This document shows, one piece after another, positions 1 to 11,700 of a stretch of 64,000 nt of DNA. The first letter of the stretch is position 1, and the number at the start of each line of letters is the position of its first letter. Below the pieces are notes generated by a model. The model ran no database searches. It saw only the letters and a list, made by a program, of their open reading frames with translations, and was not told the DNA's origin. This DNA is from the human T2T-CHM13v2.0 reference genome, Homo sapiens. The DNA is taken from assembly GCF_009914755.1 (NCBI RefSeq), contig NC_060947.1; one strand, given 5' to 3'. A program made the translations under genes and the position numbers.

Positions 1-129
1 AATGCACAGATTAGGGTTAGGGTCAAGCATGGTTCCAATAGAGTTAAATCATAATTAATGTACAGCTTGCTGGGCATTTTTGAGGCCTTATTGTCTAATC
101 TTTGCAACAACAGCAAGAGTAGGTAGATT

Positions 130-520
130 GATTTAGATATTTTGGTTGCAAATAACTAAAAGAAGCATGAAATAGATCAACAAAGAAAAAGGACATTCTT
201 TGTTAGGACACAAGAGTGTTTTATGACATCCAAACGTGTGATTGAAAAATCCTCAGAAAAGAATTGGATTGAGAAAATTAAAATTTGTCAGGAAGTGAGG
301 AAGCACTTTCCCCTCATTTCTTGACTCTCATTTTTTTCTGAAGGTCTGCTTTATCTCTGTCATTCTTCAGAATAATTATTTGTTGCTTATTCTCCATGGC
401 AGAAGATGGCAGTCCATAGTCCCCAAGTTCATTTCCAATTTCAAGGGTAAGTGGAATGGGGAGATGGATTTAACCTGGGTTAGATTCAGGCCACTCAAAT
501 ATGACTGGGGATGGGTCATC
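130..520. mobile_element. Highly decayed ERVL/MaLR-type LTR fragment (LTR33/MLT1-like)
   Basis: Motifs TTTTGGTTGCAAATAAC and ATGGCAGAAGATGGCAG resemble ancient LTR33/MLT1 consensus segments. Boundaries approximate. Confidence 0.35.
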
Positions 521-1082
521 TAGTACAAGCTTGGCTATTGGTGGTCCATTTCCTTGGACCAGGTTTTCTGTTAGGAAGAGTGACAGCTATGAGCTTAGGT
601 ACAATAGATACTGTCATTTATCTTACAGGTGTGAGAAAAATGAGTCTCAATAGGAGAATTAGATTCTCCAAAGTCAACCAAAGCAGAAATGAGCTTTGTA
701 CCTAGGTCCTGTGCTCACAACGCAGTCAGACTTTTCATCATTTTATAACTTCTTCCTAAAGCAAGAAGCATTCTTACACAGATTGAGAATCAAATAGATT
801 TGAAGTGGCTTATGGCAGTGTTTTCACTGTGAATGGGGGTCTAAATAGAATTTATGAGCATGACATATGAGGCTTCTGCCTCAAAAATGATCACAGCAAG
901 ATGAAGACTTGTTGATCGTTGAACACATGCAAGGAAGTCAGAAACAAAGATGTGGCTTGATCTATTCCAGTGCATAAGTCAGACCTACATATAACTACCA
1001 ATAGTCATTGATATTGGTGCCTTTTTATGCCTAGCTCTTGAAGCAGGGCCTAGGGGTCTCAATAGTCTTGTTCTGTGAAGAC

Positions 1083-1410
1083 ACTCATTCAACAAACACT
1101 TATTGAGCATCTATTCTGTCATTTTTCTAAATGCCAGGGATACAGCAGTGAACAAGATGGACAAAATTCCTGGGCCCAAGGAACTCACATTGCAGCTGGG
1201 GCAGACAGGATAAGTGACAAATAGTATATCATGTGGTGATAAGTGCTAGAAAGGAAAATTAGGCAGAGTAAAGGGATAGAGAATGAAGTGGGTCTACAAT
1301 TTTAATTAGAATGGAGGGTGGTTAGTAAAGGTCTCTCTGAAGAGGTGAAGTTTGCGCAGAAAGAAAATAATGTGAGAGAGAAAATCAGCAGATATCTGGG
1401 AGCAGATATG
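1083..1410 (-). mobile_element. L2 LINE 3' end fragment
   Basis: CATTCAACAAACACTTATTGAGCATCTA...GGGATACAGCAGTGAACAAGA...GGAACTCACATT is the typical reverse-complement L2 3' terminus. Confidence 0.8.
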
Positions 1411-1526
1411 TCCTGGTCCTCCATTTGAAAGCCTGTTTCATAAGTGCTCGCATATTGTGCAAATCGGGGGATTCTAATTTTGGGTGACACTTGAATCTTT
1501 GGAATCCTCTTTTATTAGACTATTTT

Positions 1527-2062
1527 TGTGGTGGATTCATTGTAAAAATGGCATAAATCTCTACTACTGTTAGGATCTATGCCCTTAGCAATGTGACTTT
1601 ACAGCTCCTCCCATTAATAGCTAAAAGCTGCTGATTTCCCACTTCTTAAATCTGTTCTAGCTGTGTGACTTCATTTGGCCAAAAGAATGTAGCAGATGAT
1701 GGTCCTGTTCTGAGTCTAGACCCCAAGAGACCCAACACGTCTGTACTTTTTTGGGGAACCCCTACCTCTCTCCTAAGAGCAGAACTAGTCTGTTCTGCTG
1801 GAAGTCATGAGACCATGTGGAACAGAGCTTATTCAGCCCAGTGGCACCAGATGAAGTCTCTGTTATGTGAGACAACCAATATCAGGCATATTATCCACTG
1901 ATCTGCAGATCTATGAGTGAGCCCTGTCAAGCTCAACTAATATGAGAACTTCCCAGCCAACACAATTGACCTCTGAGCAATAGTACATGGCTATTAATTT
2001 AGGATATTGAGTTTCATAATGGTTTGTTATGTAGCATTATCATGGCAGCAGATAGCTGATGC
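1527..2062 (+). mobile_element. MLT1G/H-type MaLR solo LTR
   Basis: Starts TGTGGTGGATT, contains GCAATGTGACTTTACAGCTCCTCCCAT and TTTGGCCAAAAGAATGTAGCAGA, and ends GGTTTGTTATGTAGCA...GATAGCTGATGC. Confidence 0.75.
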
Positions 2063-2175
2063 TCTTTTTGAGTAATAACTAATTAACAATAGCTCTCAGG
2101 AGTTAAGGGATCATGATTGTTTAAATTTAAAATGTATATTTACAACTCAGCCTGGGATACTATCCCCCATTTTGA

Positions 2176-2201
<26 letters not shown>
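2176..2201. repeat. (TG)13 microsatellite
   Basis: Direct reading. Confidence 0.97.
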
Positions 2202-2208
<7 letters not shown>

Positions 2209-3636
2209 TCAAAGTGTGTGCATCATGGGATGATGGGATGACAGGTCAGAAAGGGGGAGTGAAAAGGGAATGTATGCTGAGAGAGAGGGTCAGAGTAAGT
2301 TTACTGTTTACCAGATATGGAAACTTGAAAGACTTCTTTTCATTTTATATGAACATATGATAATGTGGTAAAACCAACACACATAATTTCATAACCATGA
2401 GTTGGTGGAATGTGACAACAGGGGCCTCAGAGGCTCTCTTGTGTTCCTTTGTTTAGGCTGCATCATTGTTAATAATAGTGCCCCTGTCCCCACCCAATCT
2501 GGATAAAACTCTAAATGTTGTCATTGTAAACAACATTGCCAGAAACCAAATCTCTCACACTCACTATGCAAAACACATATGAAAGATGACAAGAGCTAAA
2601 TTACAGCCTTTACTTTCACCCTATCAATCTTCTCTCTGCCTTTTGTAGTCTCACTTTTACAAAACAATTCCAATTGTATTTCATAAAACACCAACAATTT
2701 TTTAAGCTCACAAAATCTGTTTTTCATTTTGTAATGTGTTTTTCTGTAGGACTTCCTCTCTTTCTGTTTATTCAAGCAATAGAAAGAAGCTTTATGTATA
2801 AAGAAATGTTTGTGAAGCATAGATAATATACTTGCTTTGAGCTGGGTTTTTCAGGTGGAGGAATGGATTTATACTAATCATGCTCCCTTCCCTCCTTTCA
2901 GTCAGCATTCAAGTTTGCTGGTGTGAGGACTGCTTTGCAATGTCATGGAAATGAAACAGAAGTGACTCGTCGCCATATAAGTATTGTGTCCTCAGCAATT
3001 AAGTTAAGCAGGTTCTAGTTTTAATTACAATAGAACCACTTGATATGACTTCAAACTTTTTTCAACTGTTATTATATTCTGACTTATTTTTGATATACTT
3101 GGCTTCTTATTTATTATCTTCTCCTTAAGTAGAAGTTACTGAAAGGATGTTTCAGCAAGCTCACATAAATTACTTTCTTCAGCCTTTTTTGGTATTATTT
3201 TCAACTACTTTTCTCTTGCTTAATGGGTAAACTTGTATAAACTAGATAAACTTAGCCTGTAATTATTTCAAAGATAATATTTTACAAACTGGCACAGTTA
3301 CACTATATGTAATTAATATTTCTTATATTTACAAATTTGCCTTTAGCATTGGTCTTACATAGTTTTTCACCAAATCAAAGATTAACACAACAATTTTCAT
3401 ATTTATTTTTTACTCCCTGTTTAAATGTATTTATTTGTACCTCATTCCATAAACAGAATTTGAAGTCAGATAATTCAAAGATGAATATGACAATATTTGA
3501 AAAATAATTTTTTCATGAATGTTCCTTTTAAAACGTATTCTCTTGATAACTGAGAATTTTCAAAAGTGACAGTCAGAAAATATTACGCATTGTCACAAAT
3601 TATCCTAATACCCATTGGGAAATGTACAAATGTTGA

Positions 3637-4007
<371 letters not shown>

Positions 4008-4452
4008 TCTGTTGGCAATTAAAATCATAAATAGAAATAGTCAATTTACTCTTCTTAATTGTAACTGGCATGCTAAAAACTGTTAGTTTTCTATCAAAAT
4101 ATTTATTTCCTATAAATGTATTTATTTACCAGATATAAATGATTCAGCTCTATAATAAACATTACATTTTTTAATCAGGAAACTATCATTTATGTGCTAT
4201 GATTGTTAAAACTTTTTGGTTTAAACACAACTGGAAGATACTCTGAAGCTCTTAAGTGCTCTATTTTGCAAACACTTGTTTTGTCTATGCTCCAAGTTGT
4301 GTCTTGAACTTGAAAATGGCTCCTAAATCATGGTGCATATATCTAATGATGATTTCTACTACAGGGGTGGGGTATTAGATTATCTATTTACTCAATAACA
4401 ATTTTTAAATCATATATTTAGAAACCATTACAACTATAGTTGAAATATAGTT

Positions 4453-4511
4453 GACAAAAAGCTTGCACTGTTCCCTTCTTCAAGCATACATCTGGTAAGA
4501 CAGCAAGTTTT
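4453..4511 (+). repeat. 59-bp exact dispersed copy of 7596-7654, flanked by 16-bp direct repeats CAACTATAGTTGAAAT
   Basis: GACAAAAAGCTTGCACTG...AAGACAGCAAGTTTT is identical at both sites. Flanking repeats at 4431-4446 and 4512-4527. Confidence 0.95.
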
Positions 4512-4781
4512 CAACTATAGTTGAAATTACCAGGAGAGAAGCACACTTTCTCCCTCTCCACAAGTACTAAAGCATTTGCTGAACATATGTTGTCTTGCTT
4601 CATACAATTTTGCTTATAAAGTAGTTGGAGATCTGCTCTCTGACTTTGGGAAAAATATATACCTGAGAGTAAGAGAACCTATAGAAATTAGGTCCAGATC
4701 TATACTTGTAAGAATGTCTTTAGCAAGTAAAAACAAGTTGTATTTTTTAAATGTTTTTTTTCTTTTAAAGGCTAAATCAAT

Positions 4782-4853
4782 CTTTCTTTCTCTCTCTTTC
4801 TTTCTCTTTCTTTCTTTTCTTTCTTTGTTTCTTTCTTTCTCCTTCCTTCTTTC

Positions 4854-4912
<59 letters not shown>

Positions 4913-4915
4913 TCC

Positions 4916-4957
<42 letters not shown>

Positions 4958-4990
4958 TTCCTTCCTTCCTTCCTTCCTTCTCTTTTTTTG
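4782..4990. repeat. Compound polypyrimidine (TTTC)n/(TC)n/(TTCC)n tract, an expanded Alu tail
   Basis: Direct reading. Abuts the 3' end of the minus-strand AluJ. Confidence 0.95.
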
Positions 4991-5345
4991 TGACAGGGTC
5001 TCACTTTGTTACCCAGACTGGAGTGCATTGGCACAATCATGGCTCACTGCAGCTCAAACTCCTGGGCTCAAGAGATCCTCCTGCCTCAGCTTCCGTAGTA
5101 GCTGGGACTACAGGAGTGTGCCACCACGCCCAGCTAATTTTTTAAATTTTCTTTTCGTTTAATTTTTCTCTTTTACAAGTATTTGTAATTTAAAAATTTT
5201 GTCTTTTATTTTTAATTGTTCAACTTTTATTTTGGAGTCTCGCTATGTTGACGAGGCTGATTTTGAACTCCTGGCCTCAAGCAGTTTTCCCATCTTGGCT
5301 TACCAAAGTGCTGGTAAGATTACAGGCAAGAGCCACTGTGCCTGA
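4985..5345 (-). mobile_element. AluJ with an AT-rich expanded linker
   Basis: GACAGGGTCTCACT...CATGGCTCACTGCAGCTCAAACTCCTGGGCTCAAG (J-type right arm) and GAGTCTCGCTATGTTG...CTCCTGGCCTCAAGC (left arm). Confidence 0.93.
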
Positions 5346-5534
5346 ACTGAATTTATTTCAAGATGTTAATACGGATTGAATAATTGTATTTGTAGGGATT
5401 TGTGGTGATTCTGATAGAGGGTAAGGATATGCCAGTGTCCATTATTCATTCTGTGTGCACTCAATTATCTAATTGTTGGCATCATTATGGAGGAGAAATA
5501 ATTTGATTCTGCAGTTATAAAATCTGCAAAAATC

Positions 5535-5705
5535 ATAACTCCACCACTAACAAGCCATATCTTCTTGGTCAAGTAAGAATTTTGCTGAGGTTCAGTTTAC
5601 CAACTCTAAAAATATGCTATTATGACATCATCTACCTTCTGCTAGAATTCTTAAGAGGATTGAATGGAATAATATGTTTAGAAGTTAATTGTAAATGGTA
5701 AAGGG
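5535..5705 (+). mobile_element. MIR fragment
   Basis: Degenerate core CTTGGTCAAGT...CTGAGGTTCAGTTTACCAACTCTAAAAAT...GAGGATTGAATGGAATAATATG. Confidence 0.55.
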
Positions 5706-7016
5706 ATTTTGAAGTAAAATCTAGAATTTTCCTGAGACAGGTAATATACCCTCTATAATATATGATACTAAGTCAACCTATCTTCTCACCTCATTTCCTC
5801 CACATGACTTTACATTAATACAATACAAACTGAACCCATTTATACATGCAACTTACAATGGGATAAATAATTTAGTGGCAAGAATCTGCAGTGATACAGG
5901 CTACACTATTTTGGATGTTTGCAATTTTTGTAAGATGAAGTTTGTCCCCACAATATTAAACAGACAAGTTGGGTTGGGTAATTGTCACTTCACTTCTTTT
6001 CAGTCTGAAGAAGTTTAGTCACATAGTATTAATTTTTAAAAAGGAGGAAGAAGACTATTTGCCAGGCTTGGGATGACAGAGATTTTCTGGTAAAACATGT
6101 CAAGTAAGAAGTGAGAAAACGATGAAAGCAGCAGCGAGGTTGACACGGACTGAACTCAGATAGCAGGCAAAAGAAACCATGAAAGGAAACACTTTGGGAA
6201 GTTTTGCATATCCTAATGAAAGACATTTTAGTAGAGAGAAAGTGTGGTCTCAGTGGAGAAAACAAGATGTCACTATAGAGTGGAGGAGAAGGTAAATTAG
6301 CCATTAGGAAGACAGCACTATATCAGAGGCTCTGGACAAGAAATAACCAAGCCTGGGATAGCAATTTTGGATATTCACTTCTGTAACAATGGATTATTCT
6401 GTTGAAAGAAACAGCTAGACTAAATAATGGGCTAAATCCACATTCTAAGCTGACAAGCTAATTTTGTAAGGCACTCTGATTTTCTTCTTAGGCCCTTATA
6501 TACTCCAAAAGCTACTGAGATCATAGATGGGTTTTTGCTAATGAAGAAACCTCAAGTTATACAAAGGCCAGGTCTTAGTAATAATTACAGAACAAGCAGT
6601 CTACCTTTAACTAAGCCAATATTTAATTGGCTCTTTTCAGTCATCCTATACTATGGAAAAGTGGAGAGCTTTAAAATGTAATGCTTCACAGTTTTGATCA
6701 AACATGATTCCCTTTTCCTCTACATACAATAACCTCTTATACCCAGCAGTGATTACACAGCCCTCATCACTGGCTGCTAGTGTTAGAAGCTATATCAGCA
6801 TCTTCTGAGGCAGCTGGATAAAAAGTTTCTATGTTTATCTTTTAAAAAATCTTTCATTCTCCTGCCTTCTAATACAGTCTGGAAATACATTTTGAATCAA
6901 CTCTGAAAAGAAGACAGCTTAAATACTTGACAGCAGTTATACAGTAAAGGCAGGACATAATTTCTGTTTCAGAAACCATGTGTGCAAGCTGATTTTTCTC
7001 TATAGCTAGAGTTTTA

Positions 7017-7194
7017 GGGCAAGATTTCCAAACAAGCATTTGTGTGCATAAAATGGGTAATTGCACACACAAATGGGCAATTTTGTATGCAATTATCCAT
7101 TTTGCATACGCAATTATATGCTTCTGAGGGTATTACGCATGTACATGAAATTTGGTAAGCATACCCATTACACCTTCCTTTGAAAATCTGGTCC
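7017..7194. mobile_element. Ancient non-autonomous DNA-transposon-like palindromic element (MER121-like)
   Basis: 16-bp imperfect TIRs (GGGCAAGATTTCCAAA / TTTGAAAATCTGGTCC, 13/16 match) and an internal ~36-bp inverted repeat. Family name from memory only. Confidence 0.6.
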
Positions 7195-7595
7195 ACATTG
7201 TAGGTTTATTGCACGGAAGAAAACTGGGATTCTTCCTGTGTGATAATGTAATTGCAATCATTACTTTTCCTTAACTTTTAATCAAGGATCTCAAAGCCCA
7301 TTAAATTACTAACCTAATCATCCCAACAGCCTTATTATCGATGGATACTAAATGTTATGAGAATCTCATTTTAGAAATTAAGAAATCAAGACACAGAAGT
7401 TGGACTTCTCTAAATATTAACTACTATGCATTTAGGATTCCTTACAAACGGTTCCCTAGAATCCACTCTCCATCTGCCTGCTCATATGCAAATCTAAAGG
7501 AACAATTAATGCAAATGGCAAAGGAATTGAGCATAAACACAATGTTTCTTTCCTTCTGGTCTAACCAAGCCAAAGTTTATTCACATTTCTTCCCC

Positions 7596-7654
7596 GACAA
7601 AAAGCTTGCACTGTTCCCTTCTTCAAGCATACATCTGGTAAGACAGCAAGTTTT
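7596..7654 (+). repeat. Donor copy of the 59-bp segment duplicated at 4453-4511
   Basis: Exact identity. No flanking direct repeats at this site. Confidence 0.9.
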
Positions 7655-8208
7655 AATAGGAGAGCTTGTTCACCTGGAAAATTCCTATGTCATTGTCAAA
7701 ATGAGAGAATAAAACATTCATTCACTTCACGGAAGTAAATTGTGTCTTCAGGTTTGCAACATGTTTCGCAGAAGGCTGATGAAAGAGGTTTATTTGACTG
7801 ATAACAGCTTGAATTTTATGGTTACACATGTGGCTTTCTCACAAAGCTGAACACAATGTTCGTTGTGGCTTTGATATCATGGAAAGAAGACAGACATTTT
7901 TGAATATTTGTGGTGGTGGTGGTTGTTGTAGTTAACTTATGTGCCCTTTCGTATTCCTGCTTGACTTGCTACCTGTCTACCATGTCATTATACAGTCTGT
8001 GCTGACAGTATTGCAGAGGCAGAAAGCCCAAGTTTTTCCAGAGAAGGAAAGAGCACAGTCATTCCCCTGCAAAGAAAACAAAAAGTCAGATTGGCATCTA
8101 CTACAGAGAGATTACAATTTGAAAGCAACTGTGCCTGAAACCTATGAATTGCTTATGTTAAGACAAATTATAATATTTGTAACTGACCTTTTATTGCGAT
8201 ATTATCTT

Positions 8209-8345
8209 GTAGTAGTAGTAGTAGTAGTAGTAGTGGAGTATTAGAAGCAGCAGCAGCAACAGTAATAGTAATGTAATAGTAATAGTAGTAGCTCCAGCAG
8301 GAGTAGTAGTAACAGTAGCAGCAGAAGTAGGAGTGATACAGCTAA
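8209..8345. repeat. (AGT)n/(AGC)n degenerate trinucleotide repeat
   Basis: Direct reading. Confidence 0.9.
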
Positions 8346-8359
8346 TAACAAACAGAAAC

Positions 8360-8735
8360 ACCTAACATTTTGCTACTTACTGTGTGCCAAGAACTATGGT
8401 AGGTTTTTTTTTTCTTTTTTTTATTATACTTTAAGTTTTAGGGTACATGTGCACATTGTGCAGGTTAGTTACATATGTATACATGTGCCATGCTGGTGCA
8501 CTGCACCCACTAACTCGTCATCTAGCATTAGGTATATCTCCCAATGCTATCCCTCCCCCCTCCCCCCACTGGTAGGTTTTTAAAACAAATTGTCTCTTTT
8601 CATCATCACAATAACTCTGAGAGGTACTTATTTTTAATCCCCTTTTACAGATGAGAAAATGAGTTAAAAAAAAACAAAACAAAACTTGTCTGTGGTCACA
8701 CAGCTACAAAACAGCAGGCCTAGGATTTGCCCCAG
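8360..8735 (-). mobile_element. MIR interrupted by an L1PA2 fragment
   Basis: CTTACTGTGTGCCAAG on the left. CATCACAATAACTCTGAGAGGTA...CCCCTTTTACAGATGAGAAAATGAG...GGTCACACAGCTA on the right. Confidence 0.85.
8409..8569 (-). mobile_element. 5'-truncated young L1 (L1PA2-type) 3' end with 12-bp TSD
   Basis: ATTATACTTTAAGTTTTAGGGTACATGTGCACATTGTGCAGG...CACTAACTCGTCATCTAGCATTAGG. Carries GAG rather than the Ta ACA diagnostic. TSD TGGTAGGTTTTT at 8397-8408 and 8570-8581. Confidence 0.93.
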
Positions 8736-11700
8736 TGAATTCAGAATTTAAAAGCTATGGCTATGAAAATGAGTACAAATTCCGTTTTAGCCATTTTGTT
8801 TCTATTCCTAGGTAGTCATAGAAGATACAAGGGAAATTTTGCCAGTTACCTATTCGTCAAAATGCCACTCACAGTGTGCCGTTTTCATAACTCATGAATT
8901 TTAAATTAAATCTTGCTAAGTAGTATTAAATCAAAACAACACGTGTAACAAGTCATGAGTTAGACATAGTATTAGACAGAATGAGGGGCCTGACTTGGAG
9001 GCATACTGTTATTTCTTGATGAAAATAAGTGAATTATCTGCCTTAAGATATGTGTGTATGTATGTAAATACAATTTCACCTGGGTGAGTTGGCCTTCTGA
9101 AGTACCTGTCTCTGTCAATAATATTTGTTTCTTCTTATAATAATAACTAAAGCTAAGAAAGACCTCAAGAAATAAAATGCATGCTGTTCATTAGTCTTAA
9201 ACCTTTCATGATTAGCATGTTTATTGGGATGTTTAATAATTTGCTTTCTTTAGAACCTTTCATCTTAGAGTTCCGGTGTGCTTTATAAACATTCTCTTAG
9301 CACTGCAACCAGGAAGATGTATATGCATATATATGGCTTAAATATGCCCCAAATGATTAAATGGTCTACTTTAGGTCACAAAGTGTAGAAAAGTCAGTTA
9401 TGAAAGCCATTCTTTTGTTGAATGATTTATTCTAAACATGCATATAGAGCCATCATTTTAGAAGTATATGTTCCTCGAAATGTATTTCTGTATGGGATTG
9501 ACAATCATGCCCAAAACACTCTAGTTATGAATCAATTTGTAAAACCCAAATCAGGTACTTAGCACCTAAAAAGGGCTTTCTTGAGTCAGTCACATAACTA
9601 CAGTGATCTAGAAAAGCTCTGTAAATAAGTCTGACGCATTACAGTTATATAAATGAATGTACTTGCAAATGCACATACATAAGGATATCAGGATTTTTGA
9701 CCCGATTATTTGGCCAAAGATTTCTCCATTGACCCATATTTACCCAGAAGTTGTATGTCATAGCTCATTTTTCACAATCTCTCTATCTTCCTCATGTGCA
9801 TACCATAGAAGCCTTATTTTTCTAAAATTTTACTTGGGATGCCTAATCAACCAGAAGAAGACTGCAACTAGGATGCCTCTGTGTCATTTACCCAAATGCA
9901 ATGTGCCTACTCTATCTACAGAGTTAAAAGTTAAAATACTTTGTGTGAATATAAGTAGTGGGGACTGGGGAATGTAACCTTGGCTGATAGGTTAGAAAAA
10001 CGCATTTTCTTAAAATCCCATACTGTGAAGTCAAGAGTTAAAGGGTTTGCACACAGATGTTATGTTCTATACCCAAATTGTACTTTTGCATGCCAACAGG
10101 CATACAGTTATCCTCCTAGCACACAAATTTATAATTTTAAGCACATACTACATGCTGAAATATTTACATAAAAGTAGGCCCTGGAAACACATTACTTTTA
10201 CCCTTGGTGAGCTATTATAAAAAAATATGCGAGATCACATACATATATGCAAATACAGTCTGGTGTCTCTGAGTTTTTTCTTACCTTCATCAACCTTCTT
10301 TTATTAGAGACACTATTCAATTTAAAAGTGGATGAGGAGCTAGTTCCTTCAGTTTTTTTCTTCTGCCCCATGCTTCTGCAAACCATTCACTCCCCAAGTA
10401 ACCGTCTCCACTTGTGCAGGTTTCTCATCCTTATAATGCCTTCTACATTTCATTTTCCAGGCAGTTTGTCTAGCAGGCAGTTTTTTCCTTAAAGCAGATT
10501 CTTTAAGCTTAAAAAAGTTTTAGGTGCTCACACAAAGTACTTTCTTTCACCCAAGAAAGTATAAAGGAAAGATAGCATTCTAAGAGAAGCACAAGTATCA
10601 GGCAAGCTTAGAAAAACTGTTAATTTATTTTACTCTAGAGAAGGCAACATACAATCATTTCTGGGGTTTGCTGACATTGAAAGTTGCACATGCTCGTATG
10701 ATATAATTCATTTCAGAAATGAAGTGAACACTGTTTTTTAGGTTCTGCAGCGTTTACATTTATCATGGCTACCACAGATAGTTTTAAGATAATATTATTT
10801 TGTTTATGCCAAAATGGTACAATTAAAAATTGACTATAATCTTGGTTGGAAAACTTTAAGGGAATTTAATGCATAATCAGAGTTCAACAGATAATATTCT
10901 CATCAGCAAAAGAGTGTAAGACCTTAACCCAAGGCCAAAAACAAATTACCCAATCACCCATCAGACATCAGAATGAGAAGATTTAGTGTGTATTTAACTG
11001 GAACGCATGTATTTTGCAGGCTCACTAGATGCAAAATCATGTAGAACAAGACATCACCAAGCTATTTGAAAATGAAATTGTAGTTTACTCATCACTGGGG
11101 ATTTAGCAGTGTTTCTGAACTGGGTGAAATAACTCAGGATGATTCCTCTTTTTTGGACTCTCATATTGTGAACAGATTTGGGGATTATTGAAAATGGAGA
11201 ACACAAGTGACTTTTCACTGAAGAATGTATATTTCAAGGTAATAATTGCATTATGGACATTTGTTGTAATGGTGGTCTGTTTATGAGGCGAGACCAAGGT
11301 CAGGTGTTGCGCATCATTAAGACACAGATGATGAAAGAAGGAATGAAATACATTCATCGGCAAACAAATATAAAAATGAAAGAAAGTTAACAGGGAAGAA
11401 CATGGAGCAATGGGTGAAAAAATGTCTTTTTGGCCTCTCAATCAAAGCCTGATAATATGCCCCATGATTCTTTCAATTAGTTCCCCCTGCCCCCCGCCAA
11501 CCCGACATTCATTTCTCCCCCAACATTTATTTTAATTAAACTAAAGTAAAACTCATGTCTGTTAATTGCCACTCACATTTTCTTGGCTTTTCTGACCCTA
11601 AGAAAAACCTCATTAATGTTAGCAGTAATCTTCTTTGTTACCTAGCTCTAATATGCTCATTTTCAACATGATTTGTAGCATTAGGTAGAGCAACGACTTC

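Noticed and set aside
2947-2956. Ets-IRF composite-like GGAAATGAAA
   Set aside because: A single short motif in AT-rich DNA, not distinguishable from chance.
4431-4527. Repeat-spacer-repeat layout with a locally matching spacer, superficially CRISPR-like
   Set aside because: Only two 16-bp repeats, primate DNA and no cas genes. Better explained as a templated repair insertion.
4576-5145. Longest ORF (189 aa)
   Set aside because: Reads through a (TTTC)n tract and an antisense Alu. The F/L/S-rich product is a low-complexity artefact.
7341-7910. 123-aa ORF and a possible acceptor TTCAG|G near 7751
   Set aside because: No recognisable protein, early stops downstream of the acceptor and no convincing donor.
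10198-10386. Minus-strand strong donor AAG|GTAAGA near 10283 inside a 62-aa ORF
   Set aside because: No good upstream acceptor and no recognisable peptide.
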